Source of the DNA: Trichoplax adhaerens
Taxonomy: Eukaryota; Animalia; Placozoa
Length of the DNA: 64,000 nucleotides
NCBI RefSeq assembly: GCF_000150275.1
Contig: NW_002060958.1
Location: forward strand, 628,272-692,271
Direction: 5' to 3'
The notes beneath the pieces are model-generated. The model had not been told where the DNA came from and ran no database searches. It worked only from the letters and a program-made list of their open reading frames with translations. A program made the position numbers and the translations under genes. Shown one piece after another: positions 40,140-54,500 of this stretch (within the stretch, counting starts at the first letter, position 1; every line of letters begins with the position of its first letter).

Positions 40140-43100
40140 ATGGACACAGAAGTCAATTTTGGGTCATCGTCAGATGATGAAATGAAAGAACAGAAAACTG
40201 AGCGTAGAGGCTCTCAGTTACCACCAGATCAACGTTTTGGTTGCTTTAATTTTCACCCAAATTGGTTACAAGTATTTAACCATCATTTATGTTTGGCATT
40301 CTGGATTGGTATTTGTCAACTTTTTTATGGTTTTATCACCACTGGTTATGATGCAAGTATAGTTTCCACTATACAGAAAGGATTTGGTTTGAGTAGTGCT
40401 GATATTGGTGGCACAACGGTCTGCTATAGCATAGCGCAGTCAGTATTCGGTATCATTATATCACATAAAGCGGCACATTCTCATAAAGGAAAATGGCTTG
40501 GTTTAACTGGACTCATCACTGCCGCTGGATGCATCGTTTATATTTTGCCTCATCTTGTAACTCCCAGTTACAGCACTTTAGATTCATATCAGCTTTACGA
40601 CAATCAATCTGATTTTTGCTTGGAACATAATAGGTCGATTCCTAATGTCTGTCAGCAACAGAATATAAGCAAAGGAGTATACCTTTTTATTTTCTGTATT
40701 GGTCAATTTGTCTTGGGTGCCGGTACGTCTATTCTCGCTACAGTCGGTTGGTCTTATTTAGATGAAAGCGTTAGCCCAGATATATCTCCAGTATTTACTG
40801 GTATCAATGTAAGTATAATCGGATTAAGTACTGCTTTTGGCTTTGCTTTTGGAGGGACGGCTTTGGATTTATACGTCTATTGGCCTTTTAGAAAGCCAGG
40901 TAAGACACCGTAATCACATTCAATGTAGTTGAATGTTGTTGATATAATTAAGCAATAAGTGCAGAAATTTCTTACAATGTTATGTTAGAACTGTTACGTT
41001 AGGATTTAAAAACAGAAAATATTCAATATTCGAGATAGTACTGAAACACTACAACAGTATTACCAACTGCTAATGTAAGATTAGCTAGCCCATAAACCTA
41101 TTTAAAAAGTAGACCCTTGGCATAAATATGATCATTATACGCGTACATCATTGCCACTATGTACTGTGGTATTACAGCATTGAACGAATTAAGGATGGCA
41201 TGGATGAAAATATTAAGCTTCTTCAATTAAATTCTACCTTAGAAATGGTAGCAACTTCTTAATTTAAGATCCCAAGTCCTCATTCTTTATCGAGCTAGAC
41301 TTTGTAGGCTATATATGATTCCCAATTAAGTTTTAATACCATCCATGGTAGAGTAATATTAGCGGTTATGCAGCGTAAATTAAAATAAAATATATTTTTG
41401 ATACTCTTCAATCAATATGAAAAAATTACTGTAAATGATACTGATTTATGTTACTTAGGCCCGGGATTGACACCAAATAATCCAAACTGGATTGGTGCTT
41501 GGTGGCTTGGTTACGTCCTTACCGGTATATGTGTGGCAATAGGTTCGATACCAATGTTCGCTTTTCCTCGCCATTTGCCAAATTATGAACTGTATAAGAA
41601 ACAACGTAAAGAGCAGGCTATTGGTAAATCAAGCGTTGATAAACAGTATGGCACAAATCTGAAAGAAATTATACCAGCATGTAAAGAGTTGTTATGCAAT
41701 TTACCCTATGTATGCACTACATTAAGTCTAGTAGGGCATCTTATAGTGCTAGCTGGTATGGGAACATTCCTTCCAAAGTATTTGGAAGCACAGTACGGAA
41801 TAAGTGCAGCCGATGCGAGTATGTATTCTGGCCTAATAATCGTTATAGGAATGCTGCTTGGAGTTATACTGGTATGTTAATTGATGGTCTTAATGCTAGT
41901 TAGTAGAAATTGCCGAGCTAGTTTGTTCTGTAGTTAAAGATACAGTATTAAGAGAATAAGCTCATTTAACGATTAAGCATCTTACACATTATCTTGATTA
42001 ATACAATTTTGTGTAGTTTTTGAACATCAGAAAATTGAATCGATTTGCAAATCATTTTCTATAACTATGTTGCTATACGTTTATACACTCAGGTAGGGAT
42101 ACTCCTGAAGAAAAAGAAATTAGGCGTTTTAATGTTGGCAAAATATAACTGGATGGCTTGTTGTTTAAGTATACTGACTGCATTCGCGTTTATCATTACG
42201 AGATGTCCAAGTACAGCTATTGCTGGAGTAAATGTTTCTTATTTCAAGTAATTGCTAAATAATAGAAAGAGCACTGTAACTAAAAGTTTTATATCATTTT
42301 AATTATTTTTACTATTAGTTTAAGATGAAATAGTGCGAATTTATTTTAAATAACAAGCATGGATGCATATTTGCGAAATTACATTAACAATTAGCCGTAA
42401 AATTAAGTTATCTTGGCATAATCTCGTTTATTAATTTGCTATCATAACCCTGTTTAGTGATACTTCCGCTAAAGGCACTAATCACCTGGCCTATAATCTG
42501 AGTATTGAATGTAATCTTGGCTGTCACTGTAGCACCGATAATTTTAAACCAGTATGCGATCAAAGAACTGGAATAACATACTTTTCGCCTTGTTATGCCG
42601 GTTGTTTATCTGGCAATGATAGCATAGCAAAAGAGGAGGTCAGTTAAATAAAATCAACTAATAAGGTTATGGTAAATCAACGAATTAATAGCATTTTTAA
42701 GATATGCATCAAAACTTAGCAATTGCTTCATTATATAAGCTTGAAAGCAGCCGTTCCCTAATTATTTTTGTTATATTTTAGATCTTTTACAATTGTAGTT
42801 GTCTAAGTGGTTGGAATTTAATGAACAACAGCGACGCAATTTCTCAACATGTTATAATGAATTATTGTCCGAAGCCCTGCAATGCCTTAATTCCATTTTT
42901 AATTTTAGGGACTTTATTTGCTTTTCTAGTCTTCTGCACACTAATACCTTCATTTCAAATTATCTTTCGGTAAGTTAAAATTAATGCGAGATGATGTCAT
43001 CATCATAGTGTAATCCTGATATAATTAAAATATTATCTGAACTATAAGGATACATAATCTCATGCTAATTAAAGTAATATCAATTTAGCTGCGTCCCAGA

Positions 43101-43500
43101 GAGCCAACGTTCACTTGCTCTAGCTATAGAGAAGGCAATTATCTTGGTTTTAGCGACTACGCCAGGTCCTATTATAATGGGTGCATTTATTGATAGCGCC
43201 TGTAATTTATGGAAAGAAGACTGTGGTGAAAGAAAGTTCTGTTGGATATATGACAGTCATTCCTTGGCATTAGCTATAACTGGTGTTCTTGCAATTATGA
43301 AAGTGTTCTCAACGATCTTTTCCTTTCTAACATATTACTTCATGAAACGTGATATTGAACGATATGAAGTAGGAGATGAACAGACGATTATAAATGAAAA
43401 CTTGAGTAGTGCAAGTAAAGATGATCAATCCTTTCATGAGCATCCTTTACTACAACCTGAAGATATTTCCAATGATTTAGAGAAATCAGTGGTATTTTAA
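40140..43500 (+). CDS. SLCO/OATP family transporter, copy 2 (6 exons, ~702 aa)
   Basis: Exons 40140-40899, 41459-41871, 42093-42247, 42458-42638, 42782-42969, 43089-43500. All introns GT-AG, total 2109 nt in frame. Same OATP motifs. First five coding exons equal copy 1 in length. Confidence 0.93.
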
Positions 43501-44030
43501 GCTTAAAATGCATTATAATTTCGTTTCTATGTGATGGAGTCCACACCATTTGCTATGCATGATTGTGTGACAACCTTATTTTATTCTAAGAATAGATAGG
43601 CTGCATGAAGTAAGCATTTAATGGCGCAATAGATGATATCTGTACGCCTAATAGCGTTATATTAATGCAGCAGAGAATGAATTTAAGATTATAAAATCTT
43701 ACAGTAATCTGTAATACTTAATATGGAATACAGTAATTTTGTTTCATGTTAAAGTCATGGAATAAGTTTATAAGACACTCCCAATGCAGTGCTATATTTT
43801 GTACTAAACATAGTATTCGATAAAACTTCTGTTGCTTCAGTAAGAAATTCGTAAAGGCCTAAAAATTAAAAAAAGCGGTATATAACCATCTAACGTGTCA
43901 TCAAAACTAAGGGGTGCTGTACTCCAGCAATACTGAATAAATGAAGTTCGATAGGTATCAGATCAAGACTTCATAACCTGCTGTTTCTATGTATACAGAT
44001 TCGTAACTACAAATAAAATCAATGGGCGGC

Positions 44031-44707
44031 TGTTACAAAACAGCTTTGCAACAAGATAGCGTAATGCAGGATCAATCAGTCGATTCCCTGAACCACGTAT
44101 CAGGGAGCAGTATCTACTATTTCAGGAACACTTTTCCCATACTAGTAGACTACAAAAAGACTTAGACACCTCGTATCTTACGTTAAACACTAATCATAAG
44201 AACTAACTTTATCATACGATTTATCACATTTATATACTCTTTTACAATAGCAAAGACATCCTAGTTAGTAATATCAACGTTGAAACCTGATAATGAATCA
44301 CAAGCTGATTTTATCTACTGCTACCTAATGAAGACAACAGTATTCACGAACATAGACATCGAATGACTAATACAAAATTGTCGGATTACAATATGTCCTA
44401 TCACGGAACATTCCTACGATAATCTACAATGCACCATAAGTAAATTATAATCACAGTGATTTGAATTATAAGAAGACTAGTGCAAACTCCCGTCGCTTTG
44501 CTGACGGTTAACGATAATGTGCTCATTTAACAGATAGTATTACCATTTGATAGACCGGTCAGAGGTTCAGTAACTTTTTACCGTGTACTTAGACCTGTCA
44601 GAGGTTCAGTAACTTTATACCTTGTATATAAGGGTAAATCAACAAAATTATCCTAACGTAGATGTTTCTACTATAATCTCGATATTACAGTGTATAACAC
44701 TGTAACA
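44031..44707 (-). mobile_element. Solo LTR, family R1, with internal Helitron-like fragment
   Basis: TGTTACA...TGTAACA, collinear with 20694-21332 except 44477-44624. Flanks GCGGC/AATAC do not form a TSD. Confidence 0.85.
44477..44624 (-). mobile_element. Helitron-like 3' fragment nested in R1 LTR
   Basis: Same hairpin plus CTAG-T end as 16589. Internal ~32-bp duplication tagacc(g/t)gtcagaggttcagtaacttt. Confidence 0.7.
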
Positions 44708-45572
44708 AATACTTATAATTTCAGTACGTTTATAGAGTGTTATGATTACGATTATTGAAAGTCTTTTATTGAAATAAGCACCATCATCTCTACTTCCTTC
44801 ACAGATGACTCAAACTTAAAAGATATTTGTTTCATCGATTGCATAAGTGTTTTTACTAGCTGGAATCTTTTATTAGACGTCCATATCGTGACTATCTATC
44901 ACAAACATTATGATTGATGAAATGCATAATAGAAACATTTGCAAGCTTTTACTAGTAAATAATAATAACGATATCTGCAATAGTACTTAGTTATGGGCTA
45001 CAAATCCACAAAATAGTCAGGCAGTAGACAAAGTAGCCGTTCGCAACTTAATTATATATATTTGAAATATATGAATTAAAATTGTCTGCATGCTTTAAAA
45101 ATCTTCAACTATATCTAAAAGTGCTTTACTGCATACAGTTGTAAGTGTACTTTAGGAATGCAAGCATAAAATTAACGTGCTGGCAAATTGAAATATTTTG
45201 GAAGACGATTTAGCTCCAAAAATTAATTTTTGCATCTGCAAATTCATTTATAAATATTTTAACTGCCAGTACTGCTGACAATCAGTTTGCATAAAATGTA
45301 AGAATATTATCAGATGGAATATATTCATATTTATTCTAAATATTTTATATTACTAGTCTTCTATAGCATTAAAAGAGGCGATAACTTCCTTTAAAAGTAG
45401 GCAAGATTTAGCAGCAGCTCGTGATGAAAAGCAAAATGTGATGGCATGGTCTGCTTCGATAACAGTCTTCCTTCAGTAAATACTGTAAATAATTGCTAGT
45501 AATGCTGACAATAGCTTTATATCAATTGTAATACATTTAAATTTACTGTAATTTTAAATATTTTTTGTATCG

Positions 45573-48500
45573 CTAGTCTTCTACAGTATTGACAAACGTA
45601 ACAAGTTGCATTGAAAGCACGCTAGATTTAGTTACAGCTTGTGATGAGAATGCCGATTTTGATGGCTTGGTCTTTTTGGATAAAAAAGTTCTTTTGAGTA
45701 CTTTAATGCTAGTCAAAGTGTAGAGGAAAGGATTTATAGCAGAATTTAGAGGCAGTGTAAATGTAGCAATAAATTGTAATGTAATTGTGTCAACTTTGCC
45801 TTCTAGTATGAGCCCAGAAATAGTAATATAAAGATACGGTAGCCAAGAAATTAAATCACTTATTAATATTAACGACAAACGTATCGCCAATATTTTGTTA
45901 TCGTTTAGAGATGACTTTCGTATTCCCTTACTACTTTGTTGTACTGCCATGAAGATGCGAGTATATAAGGCAATCATTATTATCCACACTATAACTGTTA
46001 TTGACAAATATGAAATCATCCATGTCGCATTAAATATACCGCGATAATTATTTGGCATGCACATACTATTATAGGCGTAGATCCTAAGATGTCCCGGCTG
46101 ATTTATACTAAACATAACTGGAATGCTAGAGAACGAGATAATTACTAGCCATACCAGTCCAAGAGTGATTCTAGCAACTTTCAGAGATAAATTAGCAGTA
46201 GAGAAAGGATAAGCAATGCAAATAAATCTATCAACACTAATGATAGCCATAATAAGAACCGACATTAGTGTTGATATTATTACTAGAAGGCAAGCGATAT
46301 GACAACCAGGATTCGATAGCCAATTTTCGGAATGTAATCCAAAATCACCATCAGAATAAATTAAATTTGCTATCCCAATAGTTAATAGATAAATAGACAT
46401 AATAAGATCTGATATTGCTAGATTACTTATGAGAAACGTTGGTACAAGATTGCTCTTGATTGACTTTGAATAGTGATTTTGTAATAAAACTATAATGTTC
46501 CCAATTAAAGCTAACGATCCAACTATCCAAACAAAAGCATCCAGAGATGCATGAGCTAATAAATAACTGCAAGACGAAAGGGTATCGGCAAACATACTTG
46601 GTTGGCAAGTCTTAACTTTACCAGGAACCATACAACAAAGATAATCTCGCCCAGATAGCCTAAAACAATAATATCGAATTTTTTGATTGCTTGTATGCCA
46701 AGCTTAGTTGATATTAGTAGTGCTTATGTCTATTTAAACTGATTGAATATTAAATTGAACTTACACCGTAGATAGATCGGGTGGTCCAAAAAAGGATGTC
46801 TGTGTAACGAAAGCTAAGCTATTACCTTGTACGTATCTAAAATAGCAATAGAGTTAATTATGTTAACATGCAAGATAATAGAGTAACTTCGAGTCTACAT
46901 GTTTTATTTTAATTTGCTGCATAAAAATAAGAAAATATTTGTTAACGTATAATTTGTAATAAGAGTGCTTACAAAAATTTTATTCTCAGTAAACCTCTAA
47001 AACACCGGTTATGAATAACGATTATCTCATTATTTCTAATATCCCTACCACGAAAAAATCAGAGACGGTCAGAAATATTACCGGTATTAAAAATCTGCAA
47101 TTTACTTATTAGCTTTTAATTTATTACAAAGTTTCGATGAATGGAAAATAAGTTCCTAGTTTTTGTTCACAAATATTGGAAATTTTGTTATTCGAAATAT
47201 TTCTAAAAGCGATAGTTGAAGATTATAATAATTTAGTACCATATATAAGCAGCTGTCTCAAAACAGCTTTGCAACAAGATAACGTAATGTACGATCAATA
47301 TGTCAATTCTTTGAACCACGTATCAAGCAACGATTTCTGCACTATCTGGAACACTTTTGCTCTACTAGAAGACTACACAAAGACTTAGACGCCTCGTATT
47401 TTAAGTTAAACACTACGTTTCAAAAATTAACTTATTACACGATATATTGTGTTTATATACTCTTCTTCAACAGTTCATGAGTCATAGTTAATACGATTAA
47501 CTTTAGTATCATTCACTGAATTAGACATTAATTTTAGCTACTGCTCTCGAATGTAGACCACAGTATCTACGAACAGAATATCTAATGGCTAATACTGAAT
47601 AGTCAGATTACGATATGTCCTATCACGGAATATTTCTACGATAATTTACAATCTACCATAAGTAAGTTACAATCACTATGATTCGAACTGTAAGTAAATA
47701 CCTCGTATTCCCTAATATAACTATTAATTTAGTATATGTATATATGTCACTGTCATATAAAGTCAGTGCTATATTAAAACACAGTATGTAAAAATTAGAA
47801 GTTAACTAAATAAGGATAGGCTAACAAAATTATCCTAGCATAGATATTTCTACTCTAATACAGTATATAACACCGTCACAGAAGCATTCTAAGCATCGTA
47901 CCTATGGAAAACTAAAGCATAAACTACACTAAATCGTTTAAGTAATTAAATACTGATTCATTTGCCATTAAATTATGAATCACGTTAATTTTTGACACTT
48001 ACAGACTCTTCAACGCATAAAGCTGTAGCTCTGTAGAGAATGTTAGATTGTAGAGTCTATTTCCTGCAATATGGCTTTCAAAAAAACGAAACGGAATAAT
48101 TCATAATTAAATTATTTCTAAGGTTTAATTCAGCGTATACCATAATGATTAATTGTAGGTAATTTAACAGGAGTTTAACTTATCTAGAATTCCTTTGTTG
48201 AATTTTGAAATTTTTAACAAGAGCTAATGCGTAAGCTATTTCGGAATATAGAGAACTTACAGCGCCTCGAGATTCTTGTAACTGTCCGCAGCAAGGTTTG
48301 CAATATCGATTGATCCTAGGTTATTATTGCTGATATCTCTATTGTTATTGTCACGCAATATAATGAATACAATAAGCATGCATATATGCAAAATTTAGCA
48401 TTATAAATTATTGTAACTAGTGCATAAAGTATATGAAGCATTAACATACAAATATTGTAAAGATGAATACAAGCGGAAAGCATTTTGAGGGATGTCAGTA

Positions 48501-51500
48501 ATTGCGCAATTTCTCATTTTGCTGAAATGTAATTATTTTGAAGGTAGTAGTTAATAAGGAGTGTCTCAAGATACTCGGACTTTAAAATTTATAATACGAA
48601 AGTAATTAATAGATATATTTTAGTCTTATAGCCAAAACTATTGATGTTTAGTATTGAATGCGTTACTAATTTTAAAGTGGTAGAATTTTGGTGCAATTGA
48701 TTGCCAGCCAACTCAAAAGGGTGAAGCTTATTCAACTATTTATAGCTTTAATAAAAGTAACTAATTAAAAATTAAGCTACATTTTGCATTCATAGAGCTA
48801 TTTTGGCATAGTAGTCTGTCTTTTCAACTGTCAGCATAAGTACAAGAAATGGGAAATTCTACTATTCATGTCGTTATTCAGGTCAAGCAAAGGATGTAAA
48901 GCTTACAATGCTGTTATGTAAATTACTGTTCGTCTTCTCAGAATTCCTTTGATATTTTGCAGTCTTATAGGATTGTCACTAATATCCCTAGAAGTATTTA
49001 ATAGGAGTATAGATAATATTTTATAGTAGTAATCATCCATTGCCATTTTTTGTTGTGTGCATAGGGATAGATTTACTGTTAAGGATTTCTAATTCAGATC
49101 ACAAAAGAGGTTATAGCTACCGAATGGATATCTTAATTTATTGTTTTACGTAATGGCAAATGGAATCCTTACAGGCTTCGAAAAAAATACGGATCAATAT
49201 CGGTAGATAGTTTCTTAACGTTATTTCCAGCTATGTTTCTATCAAAAAATAAATTTGCGATGATCCAATGGAATTTTGCTTAAAATTTTCAGAGATAATG
49301 TGGACTTACATTTCATATATTGTGTGGAGGTGATTCAAAAGCTTTTTACCAATGTCTACACCATTTTTTATCAAATTGTTGTAACTTGCATTTCTGGAAG
49401 TAAGGGGAATGCAAAAACTGTATTGCTGACCAGTATGATTAATTTTTATTAAAGTACTTTAAGTAACATAGTAATAATACTTACATGTGGCTTAATCTTT
49501 CGAATATTAATTGGCAATTTGATTCGATGTGGGAAATATTATTGTTATCAAAGATACTATAATAGAGTAAAATTTATATTCTTGGATAGCACGTAAAAGT
49601 ATGGGTACATTTTTATCGATTTCTGTAGTGTAAATATATAATTTAAAATATTTTTGCTGAAAGTTTTCAATACTGCTATTCATGATTTTTAAGTTAGGAC
49701 TGATGATATGATATTAAACTATATAAGAAATATTACGAACAAGACACTTAAAGGTGACAGCCCCTCGCAAGAAAGATTGCTAATAATATTGTTTCCAATG
49801 TCTCTGTTTAGAGGTAAAATAATAATTTAAAAGTTCACTTAAGTTTTTTTGCATAATATTTGTTACAGTTTCTGAAATCTATAGCTTACAGGTTTTTTAT
49901 CTTGGTGTGTTTCATATTTCCAATGGCGGATAGACGATTATTACGAATATTTCTAAATAAAAAAAGTTGACTTATTCGCTAACGTATATTTATCTAATAC
50001 TTTTTCCTTTTCCCGTAGGAATTCGGTAATTACAGTAGCAAACCGTATGACAAGAAATCTTATATTTCTTACAGGCTTATTAATTTGGTATTATTAAATC
50101 GTAATGCATTCCATGAATCGATGTGATTACCCTCCAAGGATCTAATATAGACATAAAAATGCAGCTATAATTTCTTAAGTTTTTGTCCACTGTAGTATAG
50201 AAATAGGAGAAACCTAGTAAGCATTTGTTGTATAAAAGTTTCAGAGTAGAAAAAGTCACTTTCGATTTGAATCCATTAGTTAGGATTGTAACATTATTAT
50301 AGTAATAGATTATCATAAAGGCATCGCCATAGTATAATCTACTGCTTACGATTAGTAAGTATGTTCTCGCAGCCCGTTTCAAACAGTATAAAAACTTACA
50401 GATTTGTTAAGGAACTTATTCCATCAAAGGTACTCTTTACCGATCGAATTCGGTTATTGTCTAGATATCTAGACAAATAAGGTGTGATATTTAGTTTTCG
50501 ATGTTACTTACTATTAAAATTTTTGATAGACCTATACACATAAAATATTAGAAGGAATCTTACAGAGTGTTTAATCTAGTATTTGCAAAATAATTTTCCT
50601 CTAAATACTGGATTTTATTGTTACCAAGATACCTAGAATTACGGATTAAAATCAATTCTGTAATTTGGGAATAACGAATCTATTAGCTGCTGATGACTGG
50701 TGTATATTTTAATTTTTACATGCTTACAATTCAGTGAGTAGAGATAAATTTCTGAAATTTTTAAGGTCCAAAACTTGGATATCATTTCCGGCTAGATTTC
50801 TGGTTTTCGTTATTAAGGCAATTAATTATTTTTTATCATTTGTAAGCTACCTTTTTTACTTAATCGTTTACCAGTGTATAGATCATGCGAATCTTTTCGT
50901 AACTATCAACATTTTCAAGGTCTAAAACTTATCTTACACCCAGTAAATATTATGAAAATAAAATTATAAAAATTATAATATTTGTTAGGATTATTCAGAT
51001 AAAATTATTTAGACTTATTCTGGAGATTTTTTACTAATATTGCAGCATCAGTAGTGCATTAAAACTTTAACTGCTTAACAAACCCTATTAGTCTGGCTTA
51101 ATTTAGATGATGTAACATGATATTGTACACGTTTGTGTACGAAGTTCGCTGTATTGGCGAAATGCCTAGTCAGTTCGTAAACGGCAAAAATACCAAAATA
51201 CGTAAATTAGAGAAACCGTCTTCCTTTATAAATCAGAGAAACTATCTTTATTCATGCAGTAATGTTACTAAAAAGACAGAGATTCTCTGTCCTTTTGATG
51301 ATTATAATAATAATAATAATAGATTAATTCAAATAATCAATAATATATATATGAAACTTGCACTAACTGAAGTAATAGCCAAACATTTAGAGCTACTATT
51401 ATCAATTAAGCAGTTATTATTGACCTCATATGCTCTCAAAACATGAAATGATTCAATAAATAGAAATTTTGAAAGCTGTTGATAATCTGCAAATTTTATA

Positions 51501-54500
51501 ATTATCGTTAATTCGCAACGAGCTTAAACGATCAGAAAATATCACCGATTAGTGAATTATAGATATTAGCCGTCGGCTGTGATGGATAAAGTACAATTAG
51601 CCTTTACCGAACTTAATTCTGTGGTACTAGAGAATTAATGCTATTTCAGTTAACTAACTATAGAAACTAGGTACGCTATGCTATGATCGTAAAGATTGGC
51701 GTGAAATTAAGTGATGTTTTTAGCTACTGTATAGATTTCTATTTCTAGTCCTTAATTTCAACATTATCCAATAGTATTGTTACTTGTACGCTATATATTG
51801 ACTATCAGATTTGGTCTTATGTTAATTTATACATTGTTTTAGATTAATGCCACATATATATTTACTTGTTAAAGTAAACGGGCTAGGGTTTGGATTTGTT
51901 ACATAACTATTTAGGATAGAAATATTTAATCTAAATTATATCTACTCGGACTTACAGAAAACTTAGACTTATTAATGGTTGCAAAAAGGTCAAGTCTTTT
52001 AGGTGATTTCCACGTAAGTCTCTATACGTATAAAAATCAAGAGAATTTCAATTTCTTAATTTACTTTAATAAATAATTTCTAAGAACGAAACTAAACATT
52101 TGTAGAAATTTCTATATTGTTTCATTGTCTGTACGTGAATAGGTACTCTTACAGTTTCCTGAGACTTTTTAAATTAGCCATAGTCAGATCATGAACACTA
52201 TTCAAACGATTATTACGTAGAAATCTGAAATTGGAATATTGACGTTAATATATTTTAATAAAGTTCAAAGGCTCATGTTAGTAGATTTATTGTTGTAGAA
52301 TAGGATTCTAAAGAATCATTTAAAAGATAGCAAAACTTACGATGATTTATAGGTATAACTTATCTAGTTAAATATTATTTACATTAGGCAGTGGATAAAT
52401 TAGAATCTCTATACTTACAGTTCTTGCATTTTTATTGGATGATTTAGTGTAACAAAAAAATTTGCATCAATGGTATGATATCTATTCCAACCTAAATGAC
52501 TGATATTCATTGGCAATTTTATTTACCAATTCTAGTAAAATAATTGTTTAAATTGCGATTCTGATACAGGCTGACTTACAGTGATTCTAGCGATGGTACA
52601 CCATTAAAATTGAGCGGAGGGGATTCTTGCAAGTAGTTATGTGTTATTTTCCTATTATTAGTTAGTCGTAGTGTTAGTAATAGGAGACATTCAATAAATA
52701 GATGCTCAATTCATTGACAAGCTTTTAGTAGGTAATACTTTAGACAATTTAATACATATTTAAGATTTCATTTGCAGCTGCTAAAGTATTGCTATAAATT
52801 TATAAATTTTATTTCTAATTAAGCAGATTTATTTGAAAAATAAATTTAGCGTATGCCTTACAAAGTTTTGCAATCGTAAAATTGCAGGTTCGGATTTTCA
52901 CTTATTTGATTATATGATAAATCTCTAAACAATAAAAGTAAATTTAAATGTAGAAATATTGTATTTGTATTCTATAGTATTGTATCGAATATCGTATAAG
53001 TTGCCATCGTTTTATATGTTTGAGAGCATATACTATTATTGCAATTCGCATCATAAATAGTTTTCTGTAATGTACAAAGATTTTAAAACTAGCGTTTTAA
53101 TTATCAGAAGTAGATTTCTCTCCGTGAATTTCATTCTAAACTAAAATTTTATCACCGAAGACAAATGGTAAAAAATGTAATATTTCATTATTTCAAACGT
53201 TCTATCTAAGCCTACAGTTATTGGTACAATTCTAATTATATAAAACTAATATTAAGGTAACTGCGATCCAAAATTTTAATTCTAGGTAAAGTTACGTAAT
53301 TGCATCAGGTTATTAGAATTATTGCTTCCCAGCAAAGTACAAATTTTATTTTTTACCTAATCCCTGTAACACAATGATTAATAGTTTATCCCTAAAATAG
53401 TGACCCAAATTTATACTTATACGATCAAGTTTAACTTACAGCTCGGCAAGCGTTTGGTTTCCATTGAAAATATCAGGACCGCTAAGTCTTCTGATATTTG
53501 TCTTTTCTAATCCTCTGTTAACAAATGTTGCATTTTGAGTAAAATCTGAGGCTTATGATGGACTTTACAGATTTTTGAGTTGCCCCTTAGCTTTTAAAAG
53601 TGCATATCCGTACATTACAGTGTAACTTTCACTAGTAAGCCGTAATATACTGTCAAAAAATAGCTTATCTAGGAATGTAGTAGTGATGATTTATCCATGA
53701 TATTTTACGTAATTTTAATAGAGAATGGCATACCTCAGTACCAAAAATTAATGTTTACTTAGATTTACTATAAATACTGTCGATTTATCAACAGCGTTTA
53801 AGTTCAAATTTGTCTAAAGAGAGACGTATTATTCGCTGTAATTTCCTGAATATAAGAATGTTATTGCTATTTAGAGTCGTACTATAGATAAATAATGAAC
53901 AAAATGGGGCTGATATCAGGCTCGTAAAGTTTAATATTTTCGTTATAAATTTCGGTTTGTAACTATGACATTCCAATGTATTTGTGAATAAGGAATTACT
54001 AGATCTAGTGCTAAATATAACGATCAGAGAAGCGTAGAGGCCGTAAGTTTAATAATATTTAGTATTAATTAACTGATACAAATTAAGCTTAATGCAGGAA
54101 AATAATGGATTTCATAAATTAGGAGCAATATATAAACCTTAAGTTATCTATTTTTGTGTTTTTCAAAGAGATAAAATTTACTTACAAAACGCTTAGTGTA
54201 ACATTTGCCGAAAATATTAAGCCATTGAACCTGGATAAGTGATTTCCTGCTAATTTCCTTAGTATTGTTAGACAATAATTGATTATTACTTTATATAAAA
54301 TACGCTTTAGTCTTTACATGATTTCTAGCTGACAAATTAATACAAATATTTGACTACTCATTTCATCCATTACTATCGTGTATACTGGTACATATTTGCG
54401 CAATATTGTTCTTTAATGAATCTAACGTATCTAATGTGGTCGATTTCTTACAGATCAGATGGTAGTTAATAGCAATGTTAATGATTCTTTGTTGTTTGAA

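Noticed and set aside
47176-47388. 70-aa plus-strand ORF
   Set aside because: Runs into an R1 LTR, and the frame is not kept in other copies.
50200-50340. LRR-like peptide in ORF 50080-50382, and candidate exons near 50938, 51443, 54318, 54452, 55353, 56996, 61509, 62889
   Set aside because: No phase-2 donor/acceptor pair, length not a multiple of 3, or in-frame stop; excluded from the exon count.
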